Part shown: positions 9,421 through 19,917 of the stretch, in pieces
How positions within the stretch are numbered: position 1 is the stretch's first letter
Layout of the letters: each line of letters starts with the position of its first letter
From: Herpetosiphonaceae bacterium
Lineage (GTDB): Bacteria > Chloroflexota > Chloroflexia > Chloroflexales > Herpetosiphonaceae
Length of the DNA: 54,973 nucleotides
Assembly (NCBI GenBank): GCA_013538855.1
Contig: JABXJS010000091.1
Coordinates: 1 to 54,973 of the forward strand
Direction of reading: 5' to 3'
The notes under the pieces: model-generated
What the model saw: the letters and a program-made list of their open reading frames with translations, nothing else
Told to the model about the DNA's origin: nothing
Databases searched by the model: none
Made by a program: the position numbers and the translations under genes

Positions 9421-10974
9421 TTGAACTTCACGAATGATTTTGGTTTCCCGATTCTCTCCGTGGTGGTGCTGCTGCCCAGCGTCGGCGCACTCATCCTGGC
9501 CGCACTACGCGGGAAACGGGATCTAGCCCGCCTGTTTGCGCTGGGCTGGAGCGTGCTCGTCTTCGCGGCATCGATTCCGCTGTTGGTGTCTTTCAATCGC
9601 GCCAGCGCCGATATGCAGTTCCACGAGTTTGTGAACTGGATTCCGGCCTGGGGTGTTCAATATCGCCTCGCCCTGGACGGCATCAGCCTGTGGCTGGTGA
9701 TGCTCACCACATTTATGACGCCGCTCGCCATCTGGTCGGCCTGGAATGTGGAGGAGAACCTGCCCGCCTTTATGATGCTGATCCTGCTGCAGGAGACGGG
9801 CATGCTCGGCGTGTTTGTGGCCCAGGATCTGTTTCTGTTCTATGTGTTCTGGGAGTTCACGCTCATTCCGATGTATTTCTTGATCGGCATGTGGGGCGGG
9901 AAGCGCCGCCGCTATGCCACGATCAAGTTCTTCCTCTATACCTTCGCCGCATCGGTGTTTATGCTCGTCGGCATTATCGTGCTTGGGCTGCTCAACTACC
10001 GCTACCTGAGCACCAACGGCGGCAACACCAACGAGGCGTTCAATCTTCAGTCGCTGATGCTCAACCTGCCCAACTTTGGGCTAAGCGCGCTCTCGCTGAA
10101 GCTGCTGTTCTTGGCCTTCTTTGTGGCCTTCGCGGTCAAGGTGCCGCTGTGGCCCGTCCACACCTGGCTGCCTGATGCCCACGTCGAGGCCCCGACCGCT
10201 GGCTCGGTCATTCTGGCCGCCGTGCTGCTCAAGATGGGCGCATACGGCATGATCCGCTTCAACGTGCAGCTGTTTCCACAGGTCGCCAGCGAGTGGGCGC
10301 GCCCGATTGCGGTGCTGGCGGTGATCGGCATCATCTATGGTGCGGTCCTGGCCTTTGCGCAGACCGATATCAAAAAGCTGGTCGCCTACTCATCGGTGAG
10401 CCATATGGGCTTCATCGTGCTCGGCATCTTTGCGCTTAACCCGGTTGGCCTTGGCGGCAGTGTGCTGCAGATGGTCAACCACGGCCTGAGCACCGGCGCG
10501 CTGTTCTTGCTCGTCGGCATGATCTACGAGCGCAAGCACACCCGCGAGCTGGCGGCCTACGGCGGCCTGTGGCGCGTCGTGCCCATATTTGTGTTCTTCC
10601 TGCTCTTCGCCACAATGTCATCGGTGGGCCTGCCGGGCCTCAACGGCTTTGTCGGCGAGTTCACGGTGATGCTCGGCGCATTCAACTCGAAGCTCGGCTG
10701 GACGATCACCGCCGTGGCCGCAGTTGGCGTCATCTTGGCGGCGGTCTACTTGCTCAAGATGTTCCAGGGCGTGGCCTCGGGGCCGCTCAACGAGCGTCTC
10801 AACGGCGATCTGCTCGATCTCACACGCCGCGAGGTGGCGATTCTGCTGCCGATCTTCGCCGTGTCGCTGCTGATCGGTCTGTACTCGCCCTACTTCTTCC
10901 GCGCAATGGAGCCATCGGTTCAAGCGCTGAGCGCCTTTGTTTCAAACGCTGCACCGCTGCTGGCGGGACGTTAG
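9421..10974 (+). CDS. nuoM: NADH-quinone oxidoreductase subunit M
   Basis: NuoM/ND4 family signature (...WLPDAHVEAPTAGSVILAAVLLKMG...). TTG start with RBS aggag 7 nt upstream. Confidence 0.9.
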   Translation: MNFTNDFGFPILSVVVLLPSVGALILAALRGKRDLARLFALGWSVLVFAASIPLLVSFNRASADMQFHEFVNWIPAWGVQYRLALDGISLWLVMLTTFMTPLAIWSAWNVEENLPAFMMLILLQETGMLGVFVAQDLFLFYVFWEFTLIPMYFLIGMWGGKRRRYATIKFFLYTFAASVFMLVGIIVLGLLNYRYLSTNGGNTNEAFNLQSLMLNLPNFGLSALSLKLLFLAFFVAFAVKVPLWPVHTWLPDAHVEAPTAGSVILAAVLLKMGAYGMIRFNVQLFPQVASEWARPIAVLAVIGIIYGAVLAFAQTDIKKLVAYSSVSHMGFIVLGIFALNPVGLGGSVLQMVNHGLSTGALFLLVGMIYERKHTRELAAYGGLWRVVPIFVFFLLFATMSSVGLPGLNGFVGEFTVMLGAFNSKLGWTITAVAAVGVILAAVYLLKMFQGVASGPLNERLNGDLLDLTRREVAILLPIFAVSLLIGLYSPYFFRAMEPSVQALSAFVSNAAPLLAGR

Positions 10975-10983
10975 GAGTAAGCT

Positions 10984-12474
10984 ATGCCTTTTAATCCGCC
11001 CTCGATTGATCTTACGGTGCTAGGCATGCCCGCCCTGCTCATGGCCTGGGGCATGCTGGTGCTGCTGATCGATCTGTTTACTTCCAACCAGCGTGTGCTC
11101 GCAACGGTCAGCCTGATTGGCCTGATCGCGACCGCCGGCGTTGGACTGCTGACCTGGGGCACACAGCGCACCGCCTTCTTCGATATGGTCGTGCTTGATA
11201 ATTTTGGCACGGTGGTCAACTGGATTCTGCTTGGAGCCACCGCGCTGTCGATCCTGCTGGCGCTGGATTATCTGCCGCGCCAGAATCTTATGCGTGGCGA
11301 GTTCTATGCGCTGCTGCTGTTTGCCACCTCGGGCATGCTGCTGCTGGTGCAGGCCAATGATCTGGTGATGATCTTCATCGGCGTCGAGCTGCTGTCGATC
11401 TCGCTGTACGTGCTGACCGGCTTCGCCGTGCCGCGCATCTCGTCCGGCGAGGCGGCGATGAAGTATCTGCTGCTCGGCGCATTCGCCGCTGGCTTCTTAG
11501 TGTACGGCATCGCCCTCATCTATGGCTTTGTTGCCGCAAACGATGCGATCAGCAGCACCAGTCTCACCGCCATTAGCCAAGACCTGGCGGCGAAGCAAGC
11601 GGCAGGTATCGCAATCAACGACCCAATTATCCTCACGGGCCTTGGCTTTGTCTTGATCGCACTGGGCTTCAAAGTGTCGATGGTGCCCTTCCACGCGTGG
11701 ACCCCTGATGTCTACGAGGGCGCGCCAACGCCCATCACCGCCTATATGTCGGTGACCACCAAGGGTGCGGCGCTAGTGGCGATCATTCGCCTGCTCACGG
11801 TGGCCTTTGCGGCCCTGCGCCCAGAGTGGCAGTTTATCTTTGCCATCCTGGCAGCGCTGACTATGACCTACGGGAACATCGTCGCTATCGCGCAGAAGAA
11901 CCTCAAGCGCATGCTGGCCTACTCGTCGATCGCCCACGCTGGCTATATGCTGATGGGCGTGCTCTCGGCTAGCCCGCTCGGCGCTTCGGCATTTGTGATC
12001 TATCTCGTGGCCTACGCGCTGACCAACATTGGGGCGTTTGCTGTGCTCACCACGCTTGAGAACCGCGGCATGGCCGCGCTAGAGCTACAGGATCTGCGCG
12101 GCCTCTACCGCCGCCACCCCTGGCTTTCGGTGGCAATGGTCATCTTTATGTTCTCGCTAGCTGGCGTACCGCTAACCGCTGGCTTCATGGGTAAGTTCGC
12201 TGTCTTCCAGGCCGCCTGGGACGCCGATCTCAAGTGGCTCGTGCTGGTCGGCGTGCTCACCAGCGTGATCTCGGCCTTCTTCTATCTGCGCGTCACGGTG
12301 CAGATGTTCATGGAAGAGCCGGTCAGCGCCGAGGCTGCCGAGCGGCCAGTGTTCGCCACAGCACCGCTCGTGGTCGGCCTAACGATTGCTGTAGTCGGCA
12401 TCATCATTCTTGGCGTAGTTCCGTCACAGGTGCTTAACTTTGTCAATAACACCGTCGTGGCGGCCGCACGCTAG
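10984..12474 (+). CDS. nuoN: NADH-quinone oxidoreductase subunit N
   Basis: NuoN/ND2 family signature (...FHAWTPDVYEGAPTPITAY...). RBS aggag before the ATG. Confidence 0.9.
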   Translation: MPFNPPSIDLTVLGMPALLMAWGMLVLLIDLFTSNQRVLATVSLIGLIATAGVGLLTWGTQRTAFFDMVVLDNFGTVVNWILLGATALSILLALDYLPRQNLMRGEFYALLLFATSGMLLLVQANDLVMIFIGVELLSISLYVLTGFAVPRISSGEAAMKYLLLGAFAAGFLVYGIALIYGFVAANDAISSTSLTAISQDLAAKQAAGIAINDPIILTGLGFVLIALGFKVSMVPFHAWTPDVYEGAPTPITAYMSVTTKGAALVAIIRLLTVAFAALRPEWQFIFAILAALTMTYGNIVAIAQKNLKRMLAYSSIAHAGYMLMGVLSASPLGASAFVIYLVAYALTNIGAFAVLTTLENRGMAALELQDLRGLYRRHPWLSVAMVIFMFSLAGVPLTAGFMGKFAVFQAAWDADLKWLVLVGVLTSVISAFFYLRVTVQMFMEEPVSAEAAERPVFATAPLVVGLTIAVVGIIILGVVPSQVLNFVNNTVVAAAR

Positions 12475-12494
12475 CTCCATCTAGACGAAAACAC

Positions 12495-12533
12495 AGCAGC
12501 GCCGACTGTCGTAGGTGACAGTCGGCGCTGCTG
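12495..12533. terminator. Bidirectional terminator between convergent nuoN (+) and the peroxiredoxin gene (-)
   Basis: Perfect 17-bp inverted repeat cagcagcgccgactgtc-gtaggt-gacagtcggcgctgctg. The T-rich flank lies on the minus-strand side. Confidence 0.55.
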
Positions 12534-12548
12534 CTTAAGCCTATAGCG

Positions 12549-13037
12549 CTAGAGCGTGTCCAGCACCTTGATCACTTCGCTCTGGTCCGGCTGCTCACCT
12601 GGTGTCGTGACATCCATGTAGCGGATCACGCCCTCTTTGTCGACCACAAACACGGCGCGGTTGGTGTAGCCCTCAGGCCGCAGCACGCCGTATGCGTCAG
12701 AGACTTTGTGGTTGTAGTCGCTCAGCAGCTGATACTCTAGGCCCAGCTGCTCCGAAAAAGCTTTGTGCGACCACTTGCTGTCGGTGCTGATGCCAAATAT
12801 CTCGGTGTCGCGCTTATCAAACTCGGTCTTACGGGCCTGATAAGCCGGGAGCTGCAGCGAGCAGACCGGGCTAAAGTCGAGCGGGTAAAACAGCAGCACG
12901 ACATTCTTTTGCCCTCTGTACGCCGATAGCGTAATATTCTGTGACTCGGTGCCAACCATCGTCCAGTCCGGGGCCATATCACCAACTTTGAGTTTCGTAT
13001 ACTCCACACGTTCTCCTAAATCTATAGCGCGGGTCAC
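12549..13037 (-). CDS. Peroxiredoxin (AhpC/TSA family; Prx with S-x-x-C peroxidatic motif)
   Basis: ...[10 protein letters not shown]...[15 protein letters not shown]... is a canonical peroxiredoxin N-terminus with a peroxidatic Cys. Confidence 0.85.
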   Translation of the reverse strand: MTRAIDLGERVEYTKLKVGDMAPDWTMVGTESQNITLSAYRGQKNVVLLFYPLDFSPVCSLQLPAYQARKTEFDKRDTEIFGISTDSKWSHKAFSEQLGLEYQLLSDYNHKVSDAYGVLRPEGYTNRAVFVVDKEGVIRYMDVTTPGEQPDQSEVIKVLDTL

Positions 13038-14269
13038 ACTCTATTGTACCGCGCCTGCGCCCAGGCATGCTCCAGTCGTGGCAGCAGCGCCGACCAGGCA
13101 TACTGCCCATGGACCAACTGTAGCGCCGCGTGAGCTAGCCGCTGCGCCTCCGCACGATCCTGAAGTAGGCGCACGGTGGCATGCGCAAACGCCGGTGGCG
13201 TATCGGCCAGCAGACAGTGCACGCCATGCTCTAGCTCGCCCACGCCATCGGCACCCATCGTTGTTGAAACCAGCGGCACGCCACAGGCAAACGCCTCCAG
13301 CAGCTTCAGCCGCACGCCGCCGCCCATGCGCATCGGCAGCACATACACCGCCGCATTGGCAAAGTACGGCCGCACATCAGCCACCGGGCCAACAATCTCA
13401 ACCCCCGGCCGCGCCAGCTCCTGCACCGCCGCCGTTGGTGAGCGCCCAACCACCTGCAGCTGCACATGGGGCCACTCGCGCTGAATCAGCGGGAGCACCT
13501 GCTGCACAAACCAGCGCAGCGCGTCGATATTGGGCCGGAAGTCCAGCGTCCCGGTGAACAACAGATTATGCGGGTTAGCCGTGCTGTGTGTTGGCTGAAA
13601 GTAGTCGATATCGACCCCATTGGGAACAACTGGCAGGGGCTTGGTGATGCCAATGCGCCGGAGCGCCGCCGCATCCTCCGCCGACACGACCGTCATCACA
13701 TCCAGCTGCGCGCCAAGCCAGCGCTCGTAGCGCGCCAGCTTGAGCCATTGAATAGTGGAGTAGAGCGCGCCATGCCAGCGCCGCAGCTGCCGCCAGTCGG
13801 TCAACGCAGCCCGCCGCTGCAGCACATACTCGGCATTCCACTGATCCAGCGCGGTCAGCACGCCATAGCGCTGCGCCAGCACAGCATACTGCGCCATCTC
13901 GATGCTACATGCCTGCACAACATCGAACGGAATGTGCTGCAGCAGCAGCTCAAGTGCCTCGCGAAAGGCCCGCGATGGCGCACGCAGCGCCATATCCGGC
14001 AGCGGAGAGATCAGCGTGGAGACCGCTCGCTGGGCCAGCGAGCGCTGCGGCGCGGGGATGAGGGTCAGGTTGCACCAGGCGCTGAGCGGCTGGGCGGCGG
14101 CGCGCGCCTGCGCCGATGGAGCCAGGCTCAGACACCAAACCTCGTGCTGGCGACTCAGGTAGCGCACAAACTGATACATGCGCTGCACACCGCCGCCGTG
14201 CGGCGGGTAGGCTGGATACGGCGTCAACAATAAAATCCGCACAAACGCCTCACAAACGCGGAAACACAA
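13034..14269 (-). CDS. Glycosyltransferase family 4 (GT-B, group 1)
   Basis: N-terminus [20 protein letters not shown] is typical of GT4. C-terminal half has the GT1 fold motif (...[26 protein letters not shown]...). An alternative GTG start at ~14242 is possible. Confidence 0.75.
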   Translation of the reverse strand: MCFRVCEAFVRILLLTPYPAYPPHGGGVQRMYQFVRYLSRQHEVWCLSLAPSAQARAAAQPLSAWCNLTLIPAPQRSLAQRAVSTLISPLPDMALRAPSRAFREALELLLQHIPFDVVQACSIEMAQYAVLAQRYGVLTALDQWNAEYVLQRRAALTDWRQLRRWHGALYSTIQWLKLARYERWLGAQLDVMTVVSAEDAAALRRIGITKPLPVVPNGVDIDYFQPTHSTANPHNLLFTGTLDFRPNIDALRWFVQQVLPLIQREWPHVQLQVVGRSPTAAVQELARPGVEIVGPVADVRPYFANAAVYVLPMRMGGGVRLKLLEAFACGVPLVSTTMGADGVGELEHGVHCLLADTPPAFAHATVRLLQDRAEAQRLAHAALQLVHGQYAWSALLPRLEHAWAQARYNRV

Positions 14270-14606
14270 TCAGAGCAGCGATCACCAGCGCGCCAGCAGC
14301 AGCGATCAGCACCGCGCCAGCAGCAACATCCTTGGCGCGCTTAGCCAGCGGATGCAGATCAGGCGCGACCAGATCAACCAGCGCCTCGACGGCCGTATTC
14401 ACGCCCTCCAGCGCCAGCACGAGGGTGCAGATCAACGTCACTGCCAGCCACTCCGCTCGGCTGATATGCAGCACCAAGCCGGTAAAAATCACCACGCCAA
14501 TGGCCAGCACATGCACCCGTGCGTTGCGCTGCGTAGCCACAAGCACCCACACACCCTGAAGCGCATACCAGAATGATCGAACAAACGCCCACAGCGCCGC
14601 CGTCAT
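14250..14606 (-). CDS. dgkA: Diacylglycerol kinase (prokaryotic DgkA) family
   Basis: 118 aa with 3 TM helices. Signature ...EGVNTAVEALVDLVAPDLHPLAKRAKDVAAGAVL... Confidence 0.8.
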   Translation of the reverse strand: MTAALWAFVRSFWYALQGVWVLVATQRNARVHVLAIGVVIFTGLVLHISRAEWLAVTLICTLVLALEGVNTAVEALVDLVAPDLHPLAKRAKDVAAGAVLIAAAGALVIAALIVFPRL

Positions 14607-15100
14607 TGCTGCAGCGGCTCGGACTCACGTGTGATGCCTAGGTCGTTCAGCGCGCCCTCTTCACGCTCGCGCATCGCTGCCCGCTCCTCTTCGGTCTCAT
14701 GATCATAGCCAAGCAGGTGGAGCGTACCGTGGGCGACAAGATAGCAGAGCTCGCGGCGCACAGAGTGGCCGTACTCGATCGCCTGCGCCATCACACGATC
14801 AAACGAGATCGCGAGATCGCCAAGGTAGCGCGCCTCGCCTGCCGCCTCCGGCGCGGTGAACTCATCGTCTTCATACTCGCCAAATGAGAGCACATCCGTC
14901 GGCGCATCGATGCCACGATAGGCGCGATTAAGCTCCTGCAGCTCAGCATCGTCGGTGATCCGAATGCCGATCTCCCAGATGCCGTTCAGCCCCTCGTTGA
15001 GCAAAATCTGCGCAATGATGCTCTCGATCATGCCCGATATCGGCACCTCGGCGGCAACAACCCACTCGATGGCCGCCTCAACCCGCAGATGGTTCGTCAT
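14603..15100 (-). CDS. ybeY: rRNA maturation endoribonuclease YbeY
   Basis: HGTLHLLGYDH zinc-binding motif. The stop overlaps the dgkA start. Confidence 0.9.
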   Translation of the reverse strand: MTNHLRVEAAIEWVVAAEVPISGMIESIIAQILLNEGLNGIWEIGIRITDDAELQELNRAYRGIDAPTDVLSFGEYEDDEFTAPEAAGEARYLGDLAISFDRVMAQAIEYGHSVRRELCYLVAHGTLHLLGYDHETEEERAAMREREEGALNDLGITRESEPLQQ

Positions 15101-15112
15101 AGCAGCGATCCT

Positions 15113-17263
15113 CTATACTTTCATATCTTTGGTAAGCTTAGGATACTCCACACGTGGATGGTAGATACCCTGCAGCGTCTTAACAAATGAGTCGCGGATT
15201 GTTTGAATATCGCGCAGCGTCAGCGGAGACTCGTTGAGCTGGCCGCTTGCCACGCGCATATCGATAATATGGTTCACCACCTGGGCAATTGTTTGGCCAC
15301 CGCGTGGCAGCTCCACGTCTTCCTTTTGCAGATCGCGCTCCGAGATCAGCAGCCCAGCCTGCTCACGTGAGCGCACAGTGGCCTCAACACCATCGGCAAG
15401 CATCAGAATGGCCGTCTCTTTGCTCTGCGGCTTCGGGCCAGGGTAGCTGTAGTCGGCGATGTTGGGGTTGTCTTCTTCCTGCAGCGCCTTTTGGTAGAAG
15501 AACTTGATCACGTCCTGGCCATGGTGCTGCAAAATAAAGTCGATAATCTGCTGTGGCAGCCCAGCCTTACGCGCCAGACGTGCGCCCTCGATCACATGGT
15601 CGGCGATCAGCTTGGCGCTCGTCTTAGGGTCCAGATCGTCGTGCACATTGGAGCGGTCATACTGATTATCGGTGAAAAAGTATGGCCGCAGCATCTTGCC
15701 AACATCATGGTAGTAGGCCCCTACGCGCGTCAGCAGCGGATCGGCCCCGATGCGCTCAGCCGCCTGCTCGGCCAGATTGCTCACAACGATCGAGTGATGG
15801 TAGGTTCCCGGCGCTTCCTGCATCAGGCGGCGCAGCAGCGGCTGATTGGGATGCGCCAGCTCCATCAGCTGCGTTGGCGTAACAATTCCTGCCGCCCGAC
15901 CGAGCAAATTGTGCATGCCCCAGGCGATGAGCGCCGAGACAACACCGTTGAGCAGGCTGATGCCCACCGTATTGAGCACAACATTCAGCTCCACCTGACC
16001 AGGCCGCACCAGCTTCCACACCAGCGCGGTCATGCCGACGCCCAGCGCCACACCGAGGCCAGCCAGCACAAACTGCACCGCTCGATCGGCGCGCCGTAGC
16101 GCCAGCACACCACCGATGCCACCAGCCAAGCTAATCAGCATCAACTGATACGAGCCATCGCCGATAAAGCCCAGCAGCAGCGCCACCAACGTGGTCACCA
16201 CCAGCGCCAGCGGCCCATCAAACAGCACCGCCAGCGTGATGCTGATGATCGCCAGCGCAAACGCCTCTGGCTCGTTAATCCAGAAGCTTACAAACCAGCG
16301 GCCAACGATCAGCGCCAGCACCATTAAGCCACCGACCACCCACAGCGCCCGCACCTGTTTGCGCAGGGCGGCATAGAACAGGGTGATATACAGACTCAAG
16401 GCTATGCCAACAAGCAGCGCCAGCAGACAGCGCCCAAGGATGCTGTAGAGATCCAGCGAGGGGGTGATGATGCCCAGTTTTACCAACTTCTCGTACTGCT
16501 CGGCGCTCACACGGTCGCCCTGACGCACAATGTTCTCGCCCTTAACCACCGTGACGCTCACTGGCTCGACCTGCGCGCGCGCCTCGTTCTGCCGCCGCTG
16601 GGTGGCCGCTTCGTCCAGCACCCGATTGACCGCGAGCGTATGGTTCACAAAGTACAGCACGGCTTGGCGCTGATCATCGGAGAGATTGGTGGGCACGTTG
16701 TAGGGCAGGTAGCGCGTTTTGATCTCGCTGAGCCGCTTTTCATCGATGGAGTAGTCGTAGGCGCGCAGCGCCCGATCATAGAGCGCATTAGACTGGTCGC
16801 GCACCCGCTGCCACTCCTCGTCGCTGAGCGTTGCTAGCACCTTCGCCAGCTCAGGCTCAATCGATAGCGAGGGAATCTCAGCGATCTGCTTTTGCTGCTC
16901 CGCCACAGCGAGGCTCGGGTTATCACGAATGGAGGTGATGGTGGCAAAGACCGACTGCAGCTCCTGGCGTTGATTCTGATGCACCTGCACCGTCTCAACA
17001 TAGACCAGATTACTGGAGTCGTTGGCCGCCTGACGCCGTGCGGCCTCGGTGGCGACATCGCTCTCAAAGGTGAAATCACGCGGCGACTGGATTGAGCGCG
17101 GGCTGGGCTGACCAATCGCGATATTCTGTGCATTGAAGCGAATGGTCAGCACCAAGGCCAGCACTAAGCTGAGGATGGCCCCAAAAACGACCAGCGACCA
17201 GCGTCGTGAGAACACGGTGATCGTCGTTATGCCTGTTTGAATCCCGCGCCGCAAACTGTTCAT
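15113..17263 (-). CDS. pgpH: 7TM-receptor with HD phosphohydrolase domain (PgpH/YqfF-like, putative c-di-AMP phosphodiesterase)
   Basis: 716 aa. N-terminal TM, large extracytoplasmic domain, 7 TM helices, then an HD domain (...YHHSIVVSNLAEQAAERIGAD...GAYYHDVGKM...). Position between yqeY and ybeY matches the Firmicutes yqfF locus. Confidence 0.85.
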   Translation of the reverse strand: MNSLRRGIQTGITTITVFSRRWSLVVFGAILSLVLALVLTIRFNAQNIAIGQPSPRSIQSPRDFTFESDVATEAARRQAANDSSNLVYVETVQVHQNQRQELQSVFATITSIRDNPSLAVAEQQKQIAEIPSLSIEPELAKVLATLSDEEWQRVRDQSNALYDRALRAYDYSIDEKRLSEIKTRYLPYNVPTNLSDDQRQAVLYFVNHTLAVNRVLDEAATQRRQNEARAQVEPVSVTVVKGENIVRQGDRVSAEQYEKLVKLGIITPSLDLYSILGRCLLALLVGIALSLYITLFYAALRKQVRALWVVGGLMVLALIVGRWFVSFWINEPEAFALAIISITLAVLFDGPLALVVTTLVALLLGFIGDGSYQLMLISLAGGIGGVLALRRADRAVQFVLAGLGVALGVGMTALVWKLVRPGQVELNVVLNTVGISLLNGVVSALIAWGMHNLLGRAAGIVTPTQLMELAHPNQPLLRRLMQEAPGTYHHSIVVSNLAEQAAERIGADPLLTRVGAYYHDVGKMLRPYFFTDNQYDRSNVHDDLDPKTSAKLIADHVIEGARLARKAGLPQQIIDFILQHHGQDVIKFFYQKALQEEDNPNIADYSYPGPKPQSKETAILMLADGVEATVRSREQAGLLISERDLQKEDVELPRGGQTIAQVVNHIIDMRVASGQLNESPLTLRDIQTIRDSFVKTLQGIYHPRVEYPKLTKDMKV

Positions 17264-17266
17264 TGG

Positions 17267-17713
17267 CTAAGCACTAAGCAGCTCACGCGCAACCGCATTG
17301 AGCGTGCCACCTTCAGCTTGACCACGGAAGCGCGCCATCAGCACTGGCATCAGCTTGGACATATCGGCCATGCTGGTTGCGCCAACCTCGGCGATCACCT
17401 CGGCCACAAGCGGGCGCAGCGCCGCAGCATCGAGCATCTGTGGCAGGTATGCTTCCAAGATTGCCAGCTCGGCCTCTTCGCTGGCCGCAAGCTCTGGGCG
17501 GTTGGCCTTGTGATACTCAGCAGCCGACTCGCGCCGCCGCTTGGCCTCTTTTTGCAGCACACCCACCATCTCAGCCTCGTCGAGATCCTGCCTGCGATCA
17601 ATCCGGGCGTTTTTCAAGGCTGCCAGCGCCATACGAATTGTATCAAGGCGCATTTGGTCTTTGGCGCGCATTGCGTCTTTCATATCTTCTTGGAGCCGAG
17701 ACTGAATAGACAT
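17267..17713 (-). CDS. yqeY: GatB/YqeY domain protein
   Basis: 148 aa. ...DAMRAKDQMRLDTIRMALAALKN... is the YqeY-family signature. Lies immediately downstream of rpsU as in Bacillus. Confidence 0.8.
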   Translation of the reverse strand: MSIQSRLQEDMKDAMRAKDQMRLDTIRMALAALKNARIDRRQDLDEAEMVGVLQKEAKRRRESAAEYHKANRPELAASEEAELAILEAYLPQMLDAAALRPLVAEVIAEVGATSMADMSKLMPVLMARFRGQAEGGTLNAVARELLSA

Positions 17714-17798
17714 ACTCGAAGTTCCTCTCTAGCCATGAGAACAATCGCCGCAACCTTGCGAGCTGCGGCGATGAGGAAAGTCTGTCGGACTTTAGGCT

Positions 17799-17996
17799 CT
17801 AGGCTGTGCCCTCACGGGCCATCTTTTGCAGTTTCCGCAGACGGGCGGCTTCTTTGCGTTTGCGTTTGACGCTCGGCTTCTCATAGTGCTCGCGTCGACG
17901 CGCTTCTGTCAGAATACCATCAGCTTGCACAGCCTTGTTGAACCGACGCAGCGCTTTCTCGATTGACTCATTCGAATCAACAGAAATGCTTGCCAC
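17799..17996 (-). CDS. rpsU: 30S ribosomal protein S21
   Basis: [23 protein letters not shown]... matches S21. GTG start at 17996 is preceded by a strong RBS (aaaggggg tga gtct). The longer ORF-track start at 18047 lacks an RBS. Confidence 0.85.
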   Translation of the reverse strand: MASISVDSNESIEKALRRFNKAVQADGILTEARRREHYEKPSVKRKRKEAARLRKLQKMAREGTA

Positions 17997-18071
17997 AGAC
18001 TCACCCCCTTTATTGGCGATAACATGACGTATTAGGCCATTATACACAAATTTCTGGCACCAGCAAACGAC

Positions 18072-19865
18072 CTACTCGCCGCCTAAGCGCGCCCGCGCCC
18101 GATCATCGAGCAGCAGCCCTAGCTCGCGCAGCTGCTTCTCGTCAACCGGCGATGGCGCATTCATCATCAGGTCCTCGGCACGCTGTGTCTTGGGGAACGG
18201 CACCACGTCGCGGATGTTGTCGCTGTCTACAAGCAGCATCACCAGCCGATCAATGCCCGGCGCAATGCCCCCGTGCGGCGGTGCGCCATACTCGAACGCC
18301 TCCAGCATATGCCCAAAGCGATTCTGAATCTCTTCAGGCGAGTACGGCAGTCGATCAAAGATGCGCTGCTGGATCGCTCGATCATGGATACGGATGGAGC
18401 CAGAGGCCAGCTCGTAGCCGTTGGCGACCAGATCGTAGGCGGCCGCGCGCACGCCGGAGAGCTGGTTTAAGTTGAGCTTTTCAACATCCTCTGGGTTGAC
18501 CATGCAGAACGGGTGGTGCATCGCATCCCAGTTCTCGGTCTCTGCGTTCCACTCGAACATCGGGAAGTCGACGACCCAGGCAAAGACGACCGCGTCCTTG
18601 TCCATCAGCTGCAGGCGCTTGGCCATCTCGCGGCGCACCTTATCGAGCGAGGCGGCTACGACCATCGGCTCATCGGCAACAAACACCAGCAGATCGCCGT
18701 CCTCGGCCTGCATCACGTCCTTGATCCGCTCAAGCTGCGCCGACTCGAAGAACTTGGCGATCGGCGAGCGCACCGCGCCATCCGCTTCAATCGCCATCCA
18801 GGCCATGCCCTTGGCTCCGCCGATGCGCGCCACCTCTTGCAGCTCGTCGATCTGCTTGCGCGAGTAGGTGCCACAGCCGGGCAGGCGAATACCCTTGACC
18901 TGGCCGTCGCTGCTCAGCGCATTGGTAAACACACCAAAGTTCGACTCAGCGGCGATCTCGGCGATATTGACCAGCTCCAGCCCATAGCGCAGATCGGGCT
19001 TGTCCGAGCCGTAGCGGTCGATCGCCTCGGCATAGGTCAGGCGCGGAAAAGGCGACTGGATCTGCTTATGCGGCGTCACAGCGCGCACCAGCTCCGTCAT
19101 TAGGCGCTCGACCACATCAAGCACATCGTCTTGCTCAACAAAGCTCATCTCGATATCGAGCTGGGTAAACTCTGGCTGGCGATCAGCGCGCAGATCCTCG
19201 TCGCGCATACAGCGGGCAATCTGAAAGTACTTATCGACGCCGGCAACCATCAGCAGCTGCTTGAGCTGCTGCGGCGACTGCGGCAGCGCGTAAAACTCGC
19301 CTGGATGCACACGGCTGGGCACAAGGTAGTCGCGCGCGCCCTCGGGCGTGCTCTTCATAAGAATCGGCGTCTCGATCTCCCAGAAGCCTTCGTTGCTCAT
19401 CCAGTCGCGAATAAAGCGCACGATCTGGTGGCGCTTCATCACAATATCTTGCATGCGCTCGCGGCGCAGATCGAGATAGCGATACTTCAGGCGCAGGGCT
19501 TCGTCCTCGCCGCCATCGCGATTGATCAGGATCGGCGGCGTCTTTGCCGCATTGAGGATGGCCGCCTCAGTGACTTCAACCTCAACCTCGCCAGTGGCAA
19601 GATTGGAGTTCGCCGTTCCCTCGGGGCGCTCGCGGACGCGCCCGGTCACCTGGAGCACATACTCCGAGCGGGCGCTCTCAAGAATCGACCGGGCTTCTGG
19701 CGTTGTGGCCGGATCAACCACCAGCTGTATCAGGCCATAGCGATCGCGCAGATCAATAAACAGAATCGGCCCTAGATCGCGACGACGATGCACCCAGCCA
19801 GCCAGCGTGACAGTTTGGCCAATATGTTCGCGGCGGAGTTCGCCACAGGTATGAGTTCGCAGCAT
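18072..19865 (-). CDS. aspS: Aspartyl-tRNA synthetase (class II, bacterial type with GAD insertion)
   Basis: 597 aa. N-terminal OB anticodon-binding domain ([32 protein letters not shown]). Class II motifs (...FRDE..., ...[14 protein letters not shown]...). Confidence 0.9.
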   Translation of the reverse strand: MLRTHTCGELRREHIGQTVTLAGWVHRRRDLGPILFIDLRDRYGLIQLVVDPATTPEARSILESARSEYVLQVTGRVRERPEGTANSNLATGEVEVEVTEAAILNAAKTPPILINRDGGEDEALRLKYRYLDLRRERMQDIVMKRHQIVRFIRDWMSNEGFWEIETPILMKSTPEGARDYLVPSRVHPGEFYALPQSPQQLKQLLMVAGVDKYFQIARCMRDEDLRADRQPEFTQLDIEMSFVEQDDVLDVVERLMTELVRAVTPHKQIQSPFPRLTYAEAIDRYGSDKPDLRYGLELVNIAEIAAESNFGVFTNALSSDGQVKGIRLPGCGTYSRKQIDELQEVARIGGAKGMAWMAIEADGAVRSPIAKFFESAQLERIKDVMQAEDGDLLVFVADEPMVVAASLDKVRREMAKRLQLMDKDAVVFAWVVDFPMFEWNAETENWDAMHHPFCMVNPEDVEKLNLNQLSGVRAAAYDLVANGYELASGSIRIHDRAIQQRIFDRLPYSPEEIQNRFGHMLEAFEYGAPPHGGIAPGIDRLVMLLVDSDNIRDVVPFPKTQRAEDLMMNAPSPVDEKQLRELGLLLDDRARARLGGE

Positions 19866-19917
19866 ACCGCCTCCTATTTAGGCGTTGGAGTTAAAAAGGC
19901 TCTGGCGGCGTATTCTA

